DNA of 32,258 nucleotides from Asterionella formosa (GCA_002256025.1 NKIB01000503.1:1-32258); one strand, 5' to 3'. Positions 11,901-25,769 are shown, counted from the stretch's first letter. Notes: generated by a model from the sequence alone, not told the origin. A program made the numbers and translations.

Positions 11901-12395
11901 ATGCAGGAAATTACCACAAATCCACGCTGAAGAATTCACGGATTGTCAACAAATTCATGATTACAATTTGTCCGAACCTGTTTTTTCCCTACTTACCAGA
12001 TCTGGTTGTATTGGTGGCTCGAACCATTAGAAGTTTCATACTGGTAATTTGATATTTCTTAATGGCTGCTGAGTCGGGAAATATTTGTCGGTTTCTTTGG
12101 GAATGTGTACAGTACCAGGTACCAGGTACAGAAAAGAAGAAGAAGAAAATTGCCGCAACTTGCTGGTACCACTTACCTGGTACCAATCGGCATGTACAGA
12201 TTTTAGTCATCGCCCTCCGTCACAGAGGGTGTATGATGTCCAGTATGAGTCCTGTGACCATGCATCAGGCCGCCTGACCACATTCTTACATGGTGCCGGT
12301 ACCAGTGTCCACTACATACTCCATCGACGTGGCAACATCAAATCAAGTCCTCTCGCTCGTCTGCAAAATGGGCAGACACTGTCTCCGAGAAACTA

Positions 12396-14425
12396 ATGAT
12401 CACGATGAGCAACTTCTGCAGGCAAGAAGGTGACTCTGACGAAAGCAGCACAGAAGAAGACGACGACATAGGCGACGACGGGCCAGTCACATGGGACGCG
12501 GAAGAAGGTGCGATTTTTAAAGTAGAGCCAGCAACGTAGAGAGTCCGCTGAGCCTTCCCCCATTCCCCTGTGCACACATTGCTAATGAGCATTGCTCTCC
12601 ATCACCTTGTCCACAGACCATTTGCTGTCCTACTTTTTGGGAGAAGCCGGATCGTCGAATGGGGGAAACACGAAGATCCCCGCATTGACTCAAGGACACA
12701 AGCAAACCGTTGCGCCCGGAAAAGGAATGAGAATGCCGTCCACGCCGGCAGTTCAGTTCTATGCCACCACCAAGTCAAGCACCGCTGCGGTACAGCCATC
12801 GCAACCGCAACAACTGAACCATCCTGTCACTCAGCAGCAATATCCCGCGACCATCATTAGCAACTCATCCTCGGGATCGTCGTTATCCAGCATGGCGGCC
12901 ACCTTGGTGCACGGCGGTCCCATGCTGCCCCAGCACCAGATCCATGGAGCACATACCCAACCATCCATATCGCCAGACGTGTACAATGCCACATCACCTA
13001 TTTCCCCCGCGGCTATCATTGGAAACGGACAAGAAAATCTAATGCTGCCGCCCGCACCCAGGTATGCGGTGGACAATGAAAACCAACACCACCGCCAGTG
13101 GCTGCAACAAGTCAACAATATGGCCATGCAGGTGCCGTCCTATTCGCAAGCACAGCAAAACAATAGTAATATGCTCATACAACCACCACCTTACTCGCAG
13201 CCGCAACAAGTCAATAGCACGGCCACGCACGTGCAAACCTATTCACAGCCACTACGAATTTTGCCTCCTGGGTTTGGAGGGTACCCGTTAGCGCCATCCT
13301 ATGCAACTTCGAGGCCGGCACCATCAGTGGAAAGCGAAGAAAAGCGAGCCAAGCGATTGGCTAGAAATCGAGAGTCAGCGCGACAGAGTCGAAAGCGGAA
13401 GAAAGAGCATTTGGCGAGACTCAGCAATCAAGTCAATCAACTCCAAGACGCATTAGACGAAGCAAGGAGATTGAGTCTTGCGAAAATGGAATCAGCTTTA
13501 AAGACAAAGCGTGCAACTGTGTTGGCAAAACTCGTACATGGCGGGGTCATCAATGCTGACATATTACAGCAAATTCTTCACGAAACATCGCCCAATTCTC
13601 CCGTCAAACAAGCTGCGATTAGGTTTCAATACGCCGCTTTGAAGCAGGCATTGCTACCAAATTACGAAGAATTCATTCTGTGGTTGACTCTCAAGGAGGA
13701 AGAGTTTTATACAAAAGGGAAGGACGAAAGGGCCAAGGCTGATGTGAGTTATGAAAGTTTTCAACAGTTCTATGTATATTTTGATATACGAGTCTCACCA
13801 TCCCCTATTATTTCAGCTCAATAATCGAGTCGCATCTTCAGGACGGTCTAGTAGTAAACAAATCGGGGAAGAATTGTTCAAAATACTACAAGAGAGTGAG
13901 GATGGACTCGAGTGTGACGCAGATGACTTGACCAAATTCTGGTCCATGTTCTGTTTTGAGCATTCTATAAGTGTCGACCAAGAGGACAAGTTGATACAAT
14001 TTTACAAAAGGTAAGGACTTACATCTCGTGATACTCTTTGCACATTTTCGCCCTCTTCGGGATTTCTCTAACTTGTAGTTCCAATTAGATCTATTCAAAA
14101 CCCAAACTTGTACAACAACCGCCTCCAAATGGCAGATGCAGCAAGAATGGTAACCAACATGACAAAGGGTATGTCATTTCAATCGCACGCGGTAGGAATG
14201 CGATCCGATAATACGCTGTTACGAACGCTAACACCTGAACAAACGGCCAAGTACTTGGATTGGTACGCAAATAACAAGGAACGGTGTCACCGCGTTTTGC
14301 AATGTCGTGTCATGACAGGAAAATTGGGAGACTCGGATGGAATCAAGACCATGAACGACATGTGTAAACGCTTAGATGAGGCATTGCGCTTGCCAGCAAC
14401 GGATACTGTGGATGACGGTGAATAG
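12396..14425 (+). CDS. bZIP transcription factor. Exons 12396-12507, 12617-13743, 13817-14010, 14089-14425
   Basis: Basic region EEKRAKRLARNRESARQSRKRKK followed by a leucine heptad, an acidic N-terminus and a Q/P/S-rich region. All three GT-AG introns restore the frame. The start could instead be ATG 12405. Confidence 0.92.
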
Positions 14426-15179
14426 AGCGAGGTTGGAACATTCAAATGTTGGATATGCTGTAAAAGAAGACAGTTAGAAGGTTTGGTGCACCTGCTGCAT
14501 GCATCCCTTAGATCACAAAGCTTAAATGCTTCCCTGAACAGTAAAACTTGGTCTTGGAATCGTTGCTACAAATGAAGAATCAATCGCATTCTACTTCCTG
14601 TAACATTTTCTTTGCAGTACTGCATTCATATTTCAATACTACTATGAGAGAAGCTCAGCAAGCAAGAGTGCTACCACAGTCATCTTGGTGCATTTTTCTC
14701 TGGAATAAATTTGTTCATAAATACATATATTCAGCATTTTAAAGTGGTCAAGTAGTCTACCGGTAGTGTTGGCGCTAAACGCAGCTGTTGGGAAATATTG
14801 TTGGGACTATGGTTTTCAAACAAAATATTGAAGAATTTCTAAAGGTGTAAATTTGTGTACCGGTAGGCTGATAGAGGAGGTCCATGCCTGGTTGTCTTGC
14901 TCCCTGATGGCATCACTTTCTCTGGATTTTTTGGCATGTGAGATTTCATACATGAAAGGGAAGGGAAGGGAGGGGGGGGAAGTACCAGGTACTGATCTCC
15001 GATCCGCACCAGTGCAACAGAAATTTAGCTTTGTAAAAAGCCAACGTGGTTTTGCCTACCGCTATTGTCTTCGCAGGACGACCGCACCGTCAAAAATAGA
15101 AATTGTGACGGCTGATTGTTTTTTTTGTTTCTTCTTCTCCTTCTTGCTTTCTTGATTTACAATTCGCACTGCCCATCAT

Positions 15180-15790
15180 ACGGTACCAGGTACATAAATA
15201 TCATAAACATCCGTACGGTGGTGCTGCGCTTACTACGTACTTACGGTACCCTGGTACTAAGCATGCTGTGCGGATTGAGTACCAGGGTACCTTACCTGTT
15301 AAATCATACGACCAGGAACAGAATACCTCGTACAAGGGTACCTATTACCAGGTGCCGGTAGGTAAACAAGCAATGGTTCTATCCTCAGGTTGTACATGGT
15401 ACCAGGTGCTGGTACCGGCACGTGGATACTGGTACCAGGGGAACCAATTACCGGTACTCCCTTCTCCCTGGTACCAAGACCGGGAGCGACCTGGAATATG
15501 ATTCCGGGCGGTACTGGTGTACAGACTGGTAGTGCAAGCCAAGATAGGTATGGTACATACCGCTGGCATCAGGTACTGAGTTGATACTGCTTTACTCCTC
15601 TGAATGCGTCTGCCGGAAACACTAGCAGGTACCAGATACCAAAGGGTATCTTGTACTGAAAGGGGCGCCGTTGCGGTAGAAGACGGTTTTTACAATAAGG
15701 AAAAACACAGCTAAATTTCTCATTTACCGCAACTTGCACAGGCATAACGGTACCTGGTAGCCTGGTACCAGGTAAGAGTACGTACGGGTA
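15180..15790. repeat. GTAC/GGTACC/CCAGG palindrome-rich low-complexity tract upstream of hemA
   Basis: About 26 GTAC words counted by eye in ~610 bp, against 2-3 expected by chance; many sit in CTGGTACCAG-type palindromes. Confidence 0.8.
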
Positions 15791-16251
15791 GTTAGCCAAT
15801 GTTCAATGATATCATGATGTATTCATAGTACACTATGCATGTAGGTCGGTTCTTCAAAATCTTCGCACTCCCCAAAGATCACGAACGATTCCATGACGAT
15901 TCATCTTCCGAGTTCACGTCGAACTGAGTGGTGGCCAGACTGATGTTGAAGGGGTAAATTGACCAGATCTAGCAGCAAGCTGTTTACCGCATAAGATGTC
16001 GATTCTACACACGGTCGAAGCTTTCCATTGCAACGCCAGCGGCGGTCGTGATACTAATACCAGGACCACTCGCCTGCAGGGTACATATTATGCCGCAGGT
16101 ACAATTACGAACCATTTTCTTTCGCCTTGTTATAGTCTTTTCGCTGTTGGCACAACCTCGTCTGGTGCGGTAGATCAATCTCCTCTGAATCGATCTCTTT
16201 CTCTCCTTGCATCCTTGCATACATAACGATCAATAGAATAACATTAGAGGA

Positions 16252-17969
16252 ATGAAGTTTGGATCCATTGTGCTGAGCGCTGCCCTTCTCACGATTGGCA
16301 CAAGCGCTTTTTCAGTGGCATCTTCGGCCACCTCGCGCAGCCGCACCAAGGCGGCATTTGGTGCAATGGAGATGGCTGCTTCAACTGAGATCATTAATGG
16401 CGAAGCCAAAACGAAGAAGACACGAGAGGTAAGGGGAATTGATAGACAGTCAAATGTCATCTTGTAGTTTGCGTTGAGTTGTAGAATTTCTGACAGATTT
16501 CACTTCCCCATTCTTTTGGCGTTGCTCTCCCCAGGAACGTCTTGAAGCGGCGTCCAAGGGTCTCCAAGTCCACGTTGTCGGGCTTTCTATTCACCACGCC
16601 CAGGTCGAAGTCCGCGAGAAGCTTGCTATTCCCGAATGCGATTGGAATAGAGTTAGCGCCGATTTGGTTACATCTGGAGAAGTTATCGAAGCTGCCGTTC
16701 TGTCGACATGCAACCGATTTGAAGTATACTATGCAGCCTCTGATCCTCGCGAAGCCCTGGCTTCTGTCACCAAGTTTTTGTCCAAGCGAGCGAACATTCC
16801 CGTTTCGTCTCTTCGCAAGAACCTCTTCATGCTGTCGGGCGATGACGCCGTCTGGCATGTTATGCGAGTCGCCGGTGGACTTGATTCTCTTATTGTTGGC
16901 GAAGGACAAATTCTCTCGCAAGTTAGACAGTGCCACCTTCATTCCATCGAAGAAGATGGTAGTGGGGGCAAGGTCTTGTCTCGTTTGCTGAATAATGCCG
17001 TCGCTGCTGGTAAGCGGGTCAGATCGGAAACTGCCATTTCGAAAGGTTCAGTCTCAATTTCTTCGGCCGCCGTGGAATTGAGTGAGATGCTCTCACAGCA
17101 AGATCTTATGTTGCCGTTCAGTGAGGCTCGTTTGGCTGTTGTGGGTGCTGGAAAGATGACCCGCCTTTTGATTACACATTTGGCCTCTCGTGGATTGGAA
17201 AAAATTACCGTTGTCAACAGGTCGTTGGGACGTCCTCAAGAATTGCAAGAAATGTTTCCCGACGTTGACATTGAAATCAAGCTCATGGATGACCTTTGGG
17301 ATGTTGTCGGAAAATCCGATATTGTCTACACTGCAACTTCGTCGGTCGACTATGTCATCGACAAAAAATTGTTGGAAGAGAATGGACTTGCTGGAGGCAG
17401 GCCCCTTATGCTTGTCGATATTTCCGTCCCCAGGAACGTAGGAGAGGATTGTAAAGAGGTAAGACTCTGTTTTTTCTGGGTTTTTAAAAAATTTCCATTT
17501 CGCTCAACTTTTAAAATTCCCCAAGATCGAAAACATTGTTGCTTACAATGTCGATGACCTCAAGGCTGTCGTTGCCAAAAACACTGCGATGCGTCAAAAG
17601 GAAATGATTGAAGCTGAAACCTTGCTGAAGGAAGAAGCTAATGCATTTATTGGATGGCGCGAATCTCTTTCAGCAATTCCTACTATCAACCAACTGCAGG
17701 AGCGGGCCGATATCTTTCGCCAAGAAGAATTGAAGAAATGCAAAAGCAAGCTGGCAAATGCTGATTTGTCAGACAAGGAGATGGAAGCGGTAGAGCGTCT
17801 GTCACGTGGCATTGTAAATAAGTTATTGCATGGACCGATGGCGCATTTGAGAAAGACGGAGAGCATTGAAGGCAAACAAGCCACGTTGAAGGAGTTGAGT
17901 GCCATGTTTCGACTAGAGGAGGCCGCAACTGGTCGCAAGAAACGCATTAAGCGACGAAACCAGGATTGA
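16252..17969 (+). CDS. hemA: Glutamyl-tRNA reductase, plastid-targeted. Exons 16252-16428, 16535-17458, 17526-17969
   Basis: VVGLSIHHAQVEVREKLA, LSTCNRFEVY (catalytic Cys), GLDSLIVGEGQILSQV, VGAGKM, DISVPRN and NKLLHGP. N-terminal signal peptide ends SA-F and is followed by an S/T/R-rich transit peptide. Confidence 0.97.
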
Positions 17970-18128
17970 GTCTGATTAGCAATTCGACAAATTGATTTGA
18001 ATATAGACAAATCGATTGACGAAGGGAAAAGTAGGAGACATGTACACTAGAAATGACAAGAAAGCCATTTTACCGAAGTAACAATTCAGATAAGAAATAT
18101 AGTTGAGCATTGATTCAAGAAACTATAT

Positions 18129-19867
18129 CTAGTACCTTCCTCCCCCGCCCCGTTGAGTTGCCTGTTGCGAGGAACGCCTGACTCTTCCATAATTATAATC
18201 TGGGCTCGATATGGAGTCCATACCATCACCGCTGTTATCAAGAGCACTTATTTCTTCGTCGATGTCGATGCCTTTCATTACTTTTTCCAGTTGATCAAGG
18301 CCCTGTTGAGCGCTCGTGTTATCGGGATTGAGTGCTATTGCTGTATGAAAGCAGGATATTGCCTCAATGTAATTCTCATTCAATGTATAGACTTCTCCGA
18401 GCTTCGTTTGTAACATGTCCTGATTGGTGTGTATCGCGTGGCTTTCTGTCATCCCTTCCATTCCCTTTTGGAGGAGGTGGATGCATGTTGTATAGTCTTT
18501 TTCTTGCATGTAAATATCAACTAGGGCTAGCAGTGGTCGTAAAGCTCCCGCATCCAATGTCAAAGCCTTTCGAAATGCGCGTTTGGCTCGTTCTCTTCCT
18601 TCCGAAGGTCTAGCTTGTGAAAGGGCAAGCCCGACCAACGTTACGGCTCTGGGATCACGAGGAGCAACTTCAATCGCTTCGCGAGCCATACAAATGGCTT
18701 CCTTGTATTGGTGTCGAGCAAGGTAGCATTCCACGAGACCTTCGTAGCTGGCGACGTCTCTACAAATTTCATTGGCATGGAAAAAGGAAGCAGCAGCCTT
18801 TTCTGGGGCGTCTTGAGCAAGTAGAACGTTCCCTTTGACGCGATGGGCTAGCGCATGTCGTTGATCCATTGATATTGCTTTGTCCGCAAATGCTTAAGGT
18901 TACTTGTGTTAGAGTTTATGACATGAAGCGGTACACTGCACGCCTGACGACATGGACACCACGTACCTAATGCCTTTTCATGATCAGATCTTGTTTCGTG
19001 ATACAACGCTAGAATCACCCACGCCTCTGGTCGTTTATCGTCGATCTCCAACATTTCCATGGCTAGTCGATTGAGTTCATCCACAGCTCCTCGTCGTTGA
19101 AACAATTGAGCATATTGATCCATGGTTTCCACGTTGTTTTCGTCCAAATGCCTGACTCTCATAAATGTCTTTTCTGCACTTGCATCGTCGTTCGATTGAA
19201 GCTGTAGGGTAGCAATCTTTCGTAAGAGACAGACATTGTCGGGAAAGTGTCTTTCTAACGTGGAAAATGCATCCAATGCCTGGGTGTTTTGATTCCGGTG
19301 CATAAGATAGTGTGCTGAGACAATTTTTACGATCGGCAATAGATGCAAGGATGGCATGCCCTGTTCAACGGCATCTAGAATATCATCTCGTTCCGCGCCG
19401 AGCTTTGCCAACCATTCGACTGCCTCCAGGGCGTGGGCATTGGTCCGCAAGGCCTCTAAGAAGGCTTGAATGGCGTCTACATTTCGTCCGGTGGCGACGT
19501 ATAAATGTCCCAGTGTCATGCTCATTCCCAATGTGCGCTCGGAGCATCGTTCAAGAATTGAAGCCGCTTCAATGACATTGCCAAGTGATTGCAAACATTG
19601 CGCTTCCTTCCATCTTAACTTGGCATCTTGATTGTTTACAAGCGCCGCTCGTCGATAGTATGCAACGGCTCGTCGATATTGCTGTGTCGCCTGAGCACAA
19701 TCGCCTAGTAGTTCGAGGGGGACAGCAGTGGAAGCTTGATTTATGGCAGTGGCGAGGTCCATGTGAGCCACTATTTCGCAGCTTGCGTACTGTTTTGCCT
19801 TCAGCAGTGACACACATTCTTCCTGAAGAGGAGTAAGCGGAGTAGCTGTTGACGAAGAAGCTTCCAT
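18129..19867 (-). CDS. APC7: Anaphase-promoting complex subunit 7-like TPR protein. Exons 19867-18967 and 18892-18129
   Basis: Continuous TPR repeats with APC7/CDC27-family signatures (NAHALEA, MDQYAQL, RPEAWV, KGNVLL, SYEGLVECYLA). Intron 18966-18893 (GTACGT...AAG) joins the two ORFs in frame. The assignment to APC7 rather than another APC TPR subunit is from motif recall. Confidence 0.82.
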
Positions 19868-20033
19868 TTTCGTGTGGAAACTGGGACGGATAGACACTAG
19901 ATCAATTCAGTTTTGTCGGTGAAAGCCTAAAGGGTATACCCGGTAATTAATTAGAAATCATCGACTCCTTTTCATTGCCTCTGTGGTCGTTCATACTCCT
20001 CTATGTGAGTCTGTACATTTCTCCGAGGAAGCA

Positions 20034-21400
20034 TGTTAATTTCTCCGTTTTTTGTTCGATTTGAATACCTATCTGCACCCAGCAGATGAATATTTGATGG
20101 AGTGATATGTGTGGTCAGGAGAAATCCTCAACAATCATCTGGTGGTGTCGGATCTCCCACTGTGGCGATTCCTAGCGACCTTTCATTTATCTTCATGGAT
20201 GAGGTCTTTTGAACGAGGAAGTCGATGCATTGTTGGTGATCAATTAGCATAAAGTCAGTGTATGTGATGAGAGAAAGGTCATTTTGGCAATATGAACAGG
20301 CTTACGACATGAGCTGGTGCCTGGCAATCTTAAACAATGCTTGGCTGTTTGAATCTCTATCAATAAGCACTCACAATAAAAAATATTAGATTACCTCACA
20401 GCAAAGGTTTGTCTTTTCATTTTTGAAAACTGCTTTGTTTCATCTGACAATCTCCGGTTTTCCCACACGCTTCCCCTGCACTACTACTTCGACTATACTA
20501 CATCCCTTGACAAAAACCAACATTATCAGCCGTTCTTTAAGGCTTCAAGGATTACAACCAGATTTAATCATGGTAGATGTCAATCCTCCCCCTCTGGTCA
20601 TCACACCAGCTTTTGTCTTCGCCCTGTTGCCAGCACTCGCTAATCCTGCTCCCATGTCTGGTGGATTACAACTCAAGTGAAGGTATGAAATTATACAAGA
20701 CACCAAGCAACTGAGGGGCTGCATCATAGTATCTATGATGGTGAGACGGGCAATCTACATTTGTTCCTACAAGCCCTGCAACAAAGAGCTGATGCGTTCG
20801 GATGGTCAGGAATCACTCATCACTGTTCTGGATGATCAAGCAAGGCATTGGTCGAAATCTAATTACAGAATATGGTCGTGTGACCATGAGGAGGAGGAAT
20901 GATGTCATGAACCATACCAATACTCAGACCATGTACACACCCAAACCCGTGATGCTCAGAACAGTGCACAGCTGTTCACATGCATGTACGACTTGCTGTC
21001 TTTGGATTGCACTACTTAAAGTGTCCACAGATTCAGCAGCTTATTGTTTACCCTCCCTCAACAAAAATGCTAATATATTCGTGTCTAGTGGTGCATGCTT
21101 CCTCAAGCTTATCATTACAAGATGCACAGTGGACACACGATCTACCGTGCTGACTATTTGCCAAACTCTGAAGACAACTTTTTAGATGAACACAGGTCAT
21201 GTGGTTGGTCAATTGTGGCATTGATCATTTCAACCTATATGTGCAAGTTCAGCGCGATGCTCTCATTTCTCGAGGGAAGACTTCACTATGATCCTTTTCA
21301 TTTATGTGCTGTCCTGCCTGCTTGTTCCTGTTGTCAATTATGTCACAAAATCAGGCAATCAGCGAGAATACATACTTAAATGAAGACGTTTACTTTCCAA
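20034..21400 (+). mobile_element. Degenerate LTR retrotransposon relic (possible LTR 20034-20336 plus gag-like pseudogene from ~20569)
   Basis: Frameshifted pieces FALLPALANP / DYNSSEGMKLYK / NLITEYGRVTM / GACFLKLIITRCTVDTRSTV resemble gag N-termini I recall from diatom copia-type elements. An upstream TGTTAA...TTAAACA segment could be the LTR (unconfirmed). Confidence 0.55.
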
Positions 21401-22214
21401 GAGGATCAATGAGGTAGCAATATTTGGTTCAAACAAGATATCGTGCTACCAGGGGGCGGGGCTTACTGCTGGGAGAAATGTATGTAGGTTGTAAATTCTA
21501 TTCACGCAGTCATCAACACAAATGGTGTGAGAGTATCCCACTGGCCCAGTCCCAGGAAGAAGGCCACTACCATAAATCGCCGGTCTTTCTGGTATTTTAC
21601 AACATCAAATAGTAGAAATATTGGTCTAGTGATTATTTGGTTGGGTGATGGGGATTCTTGTCTTTGCAAGAGAGATTCAATCATGTCATATCCAGCATGG
21701 CTTGGACGTGGCTTTCCATGGCACAAGATTCAGAATAGGGGAAGAAAAGGGCAAGACAGGAACAATATACATTGAGCCAAGTGGAGAGAGAAACGTTGGG
21801 TTGCTGGCCTGTAGGATCATAGGTAGCATTGCTAAATTTGATAGTTAAATTACAATCCATTTCAATCCATTTAAACAAAGCTTGTGATGAGAATTATGAT
21901 CATGTTTGGGATAGATATACGATGAAACAATTCACATGATAGCATATAGAGTTTAGCTGATTTTAGGATGCATTGTAGTAATAATTTATGATATTGATAA
22001 GAAAGGTTGTTGATCAGTTGATATACATTGTGTGATGATAATGTTCTTATTATCATTATACTTCAAGTTTGGTAAAATAAAAATAAATCATCATAGTTAC
22101 AGGATACATTGATCATAGTTTTGATCCAAATATTATCATAAATATGAAAATCCCGTGCCACCACTTAGCATACAATACCCTTGATCCTATATGCATGATA
22201 ATTTTTATTTGCAG

Positions 22215-22760
22215 ATGTGGTCATGCATAAGTTCACAGCAAGCACCAAAATTTAACACATACTGATCACCAATTTGATCAATATATGTTTGTTCTGAGCA
22301 TATCGACATTCACCATGACAGCATTGATCTCTTTTACATCGAATGCTATGTTAGATAGAAATTGATCATAAATTGGTAGAAAAAGATGGATTGGTACATA
22401 TTTGGTCAAAAAAATAATCATGAATTCCCCAAAAAGGCAATTGTGCATTTAGAAACACTGTTTTGCAAGGATGGTATTTTTTCGGTATGATAGCAGTGGT
22501 CATCAGTCCACATCAGGCACCTAAAATTTACAAATCCTGATGCCTTCTTTTAACAATATAAGTTCGTTCTGAGCATATCGACATTCGACAAGAAGCCTTT
22601 GATTTCATGTACATCCAATACTGTTTTAAATAGAAATTGGCCTCAAATTGGTTGAGAAAGAGGATGGATTGGAATTTAGGAATGCTGTAGCACTGGTCAT
22701 CAGTCCACAGCAAGCACCGAAAATTTTACGCATCCTGATGACGAATTTGATCAATATTGA
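22215..22760. repeat. Diverged tandem repeat, two long units plus a partial third (starts ~22218, ~22497, ~22694)
   Basis: GTTCTGAGCATATCGACATTC at 22291 and 22566; TGGTCATCAGTCCACA at ~22497 and ~22694; AATTTGATCAATAT at 22271 and ~22744. Confidence 0.8.
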
Positions 22761-22917
22761 CTAAGCATAGACTGCGCCAGCTTTTTCTGAAGTGCAATGT
22801 ACACAAATTTAGTACAAAATGAATGTCGACGAGGAGGACTGTCTGCGCCAGAATTCTTTATGAAAAGCAGCTGCTGGAATGAAAGGAACAAAATATCACA
22901 TTCATGGTGAAATGAAA

Positions 22918-23084
<167 letters not shown>

Positions 23085-24321
23085 AAACAAGGCGCTAGCT
23101 ATTGTTTCATTGTGGTTACTGTGGCTTTATACCCTTCTCTTGCTTGGTGTTTTTCGCCCTGCGTTTGAAATTGAACATGCATTGTTTGAAATGAAATGGG
23201 AAAATTTTTTGTGTTAATAACCAGCCTTGATATGACTCTGTGAATCTTGTTCTTTGCTTCCAGATAATAAGGACTCTGTTGTAGACCGGAACTATGTTTG
23301 ATTGTTGTTGTAGTTCCTTTACCTCCATTTCTTTCTTAATGTTGCTTGTCACGTTTGGAATTGGAACAGTGGTCAGTTATGAACTTACTCTGCGAGTCTT
23401 GTTCTTTTTCTACTGGCAATCAATCTTTTTTTGGCAGGTCAGGGTAGAACCTTGGGAAGAATGAAATGCGTCTTTTTCAGCAGGCTGGCTATCAATCATT
23501 TGTTATTTGCATTGTCGAAAGGATTCCTCTGGTGCTGGTGTAAAGGGGACGAATATATACATGGTAAGCAAGTGCAATTTTTTCTTGCGTTTTGTTGCTT
23601 GATATTGTTTTGCTGTTGTTGTGGATCTCCTCGTCCCCTTTCCAATTCTCCTTCATCTTGGTTCGGAATTGTTAGTGCATGCATTGCTTATTTGTAATGA
23701 ATTAGAAGAAGGGCTTGATTGTGTCCTTGTTACTTGTTGATCACAAACTTACCCTTCAAGAAACGCTGTTCTTTGCTTGTATATAGGCAATCAATCTGTT
23801 GAGTGAGGGTTTGTTGGGAATCAGGGGCATGGTAAATACAACGAAAAACGATGCCTTGTTTGTAACAATTGTTTGTTCGTGAACTCACTCTGCAACTCTT
23901 CTTCAATGATTGCACCGGACAATCAATATGATGAGGTCTGGGTTGCTTACACATAATTATTTGTTTGACTAGCATATATATTTTTTTACCCTTGAGGTAT
24001 TAATGTGATCAAAGTAAAGATAAAATGTGAGCAAGCAAACAGAATTAATGCTAGTCGGAGTGAAGAATATTTGTGAATGGAAATGATAGGAAGCTATGGG
24101 TACGTGTCGGTACCTGGTACCAGTAATATTATATGTATATGATAACGTAAGTAACAGGACAATAGGTATTAAATTATCTGAGTGCGACTAGAGTTAGACA
24201 TTCTTTATCGGGGTGAGTAGAATGTATTGAAAAATACATTACCTACCAATATAATATAATATTTCGATAATATTATTTATTGACTACAAACAAAGAGGTA
24301 TTAAATTCCATAGTAGTAGCA

Positions 24322-24750
24322 CTAATAATTGTTAGTACTATTCTGCTCATCTGAAGCAAGCGTTGCGGCTAATGCGCAATCACTTACTTCTGTACACTCA
24401 AGTTGTGCGGCATACAGACGATGACGAAAATAATCGGGAAGAATGGGCGACTCATGATTTAGACCACGAGCAACAAACTGTGCGGTAATCTGATCAATCT
24501 TGATCTTAATCCAGACCTCATCCTCCAAAAAGGATTCAAAGTATTAAGGTAAAGGAGAAGTATTGTCCCAAGGAGCGATTTTCTTGATTTCGGAAGGCTT
24601 CTGGGCATGGTCGAGAACTGATTTATTGGAGACCCTGTTGTACACATTGACCAACGCTTTGGCCTTCGGGTAGCATACAAACTGGCCAATTTCGCCAGCA
24701 TATTTACCCTTCAATAACACTCGTCTCCAGAGAAAGGTTTCTATCTTTGT
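24322..24750 (-). pseudogene. Small protein-like ORF with a KOW-like motif, interrupted by one in-frame TAA (24544-24546)
   Basis: ORFs 24544-24789 and 24322-24528 are in the same frame. RRVLLKGKYAGEIGQF resembles a KOW turn. The stretch is more GC-rich than its AT-rich flanks. Confidence 0.35.
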
Positions 24751-25769
24751 TCCGAGGATCAGACAACAGGTTGGGGGTTCTGGAGGCACTGATGATTATC
24801 ATGTACTCTATCACCGGTATATAGCAGTAATGGTGTACATGATAAACTATAACATTGCATTATGTACCATGTAAACATTGATGTCGCATTTATTACTACA
24901 TTTAACCCCCTACTTAAGATTCCAAAGAAATATGAACCACGACAATTAGTGTGTACATGAAAGTCACTACAAAATTGACATTGCGGTATTTTTTGCATCT
25001 TAAAATGTTGTGCGCTCTCCGAGAATACTGTCGCTCAAGTTTTCTCATCTTTTCTACAAAACATAGAAACCTTATCTAGTCAAAGTTATCAAGCTAATCA
25101 TCGCGGACTCAATACTGTCGCTGCTTTGGTCATATCTTTAAAACTGAGTAAATGACACCAAAAATAACTTCCAGAGCCGATTTCAACTTTTTGTTGTTAA
25201 TACTAGTGCAAAAAATATTATTATTCAACGATAATCTCGTCTATGTGGTTAGTCTACATACACGTGCGAAATAGGAATTGTTCATTGTCAATATTCGAGA
25301 AGATATCCAACTCCATAATTTCGTCATGGTCAAGATGGAGTTGCTGTTTCATCAACCCCATACCACATGGAGCTGTACAAACACACATGTAAGCACTGGT
25401 AGTACCCAGTAGTATGTATGACATGCATATATAATATGTAACGCTATATATACGGAATGTACAAAGTATATACAAGGTTTGTTGTATGTATGATGTGTTC
25501 CATGTCGAAAATGTATGTACATCTGATACATTATGCATCCAATTTCTTGACAAAAATGTACAGCATTACAAATTTATTTTTATTTTTATTTTTCGATTTT
25601 CAATGTACTAAGTAAAAATAGTCATTGAAAATTCAGTTATGAAATATTTTTATCATTGATAGATATTAATGTTGATTTGCTACAAATTTAGTCCAAAAAA
25701 AGCAATCCCAAGTTCCCGACTAACTCATTATGCATTTTCGGACACTTTTATGCAAAAAGTGTAATGGGC

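Noticed and set aside
10812..11995. TA-CAGTAGGAAA (10812) and TTCCCTACT (~11985) as terminal inverted repeats
   Set aside because: The match is short and imperfect, and there is no TA duplication at the right end.
15116..15799. Short ORFs rich in YQVPGT/GTWY
   Set aside because: Artefacts of the GGTACC-rich tract, which lacks stop codons in several frames.
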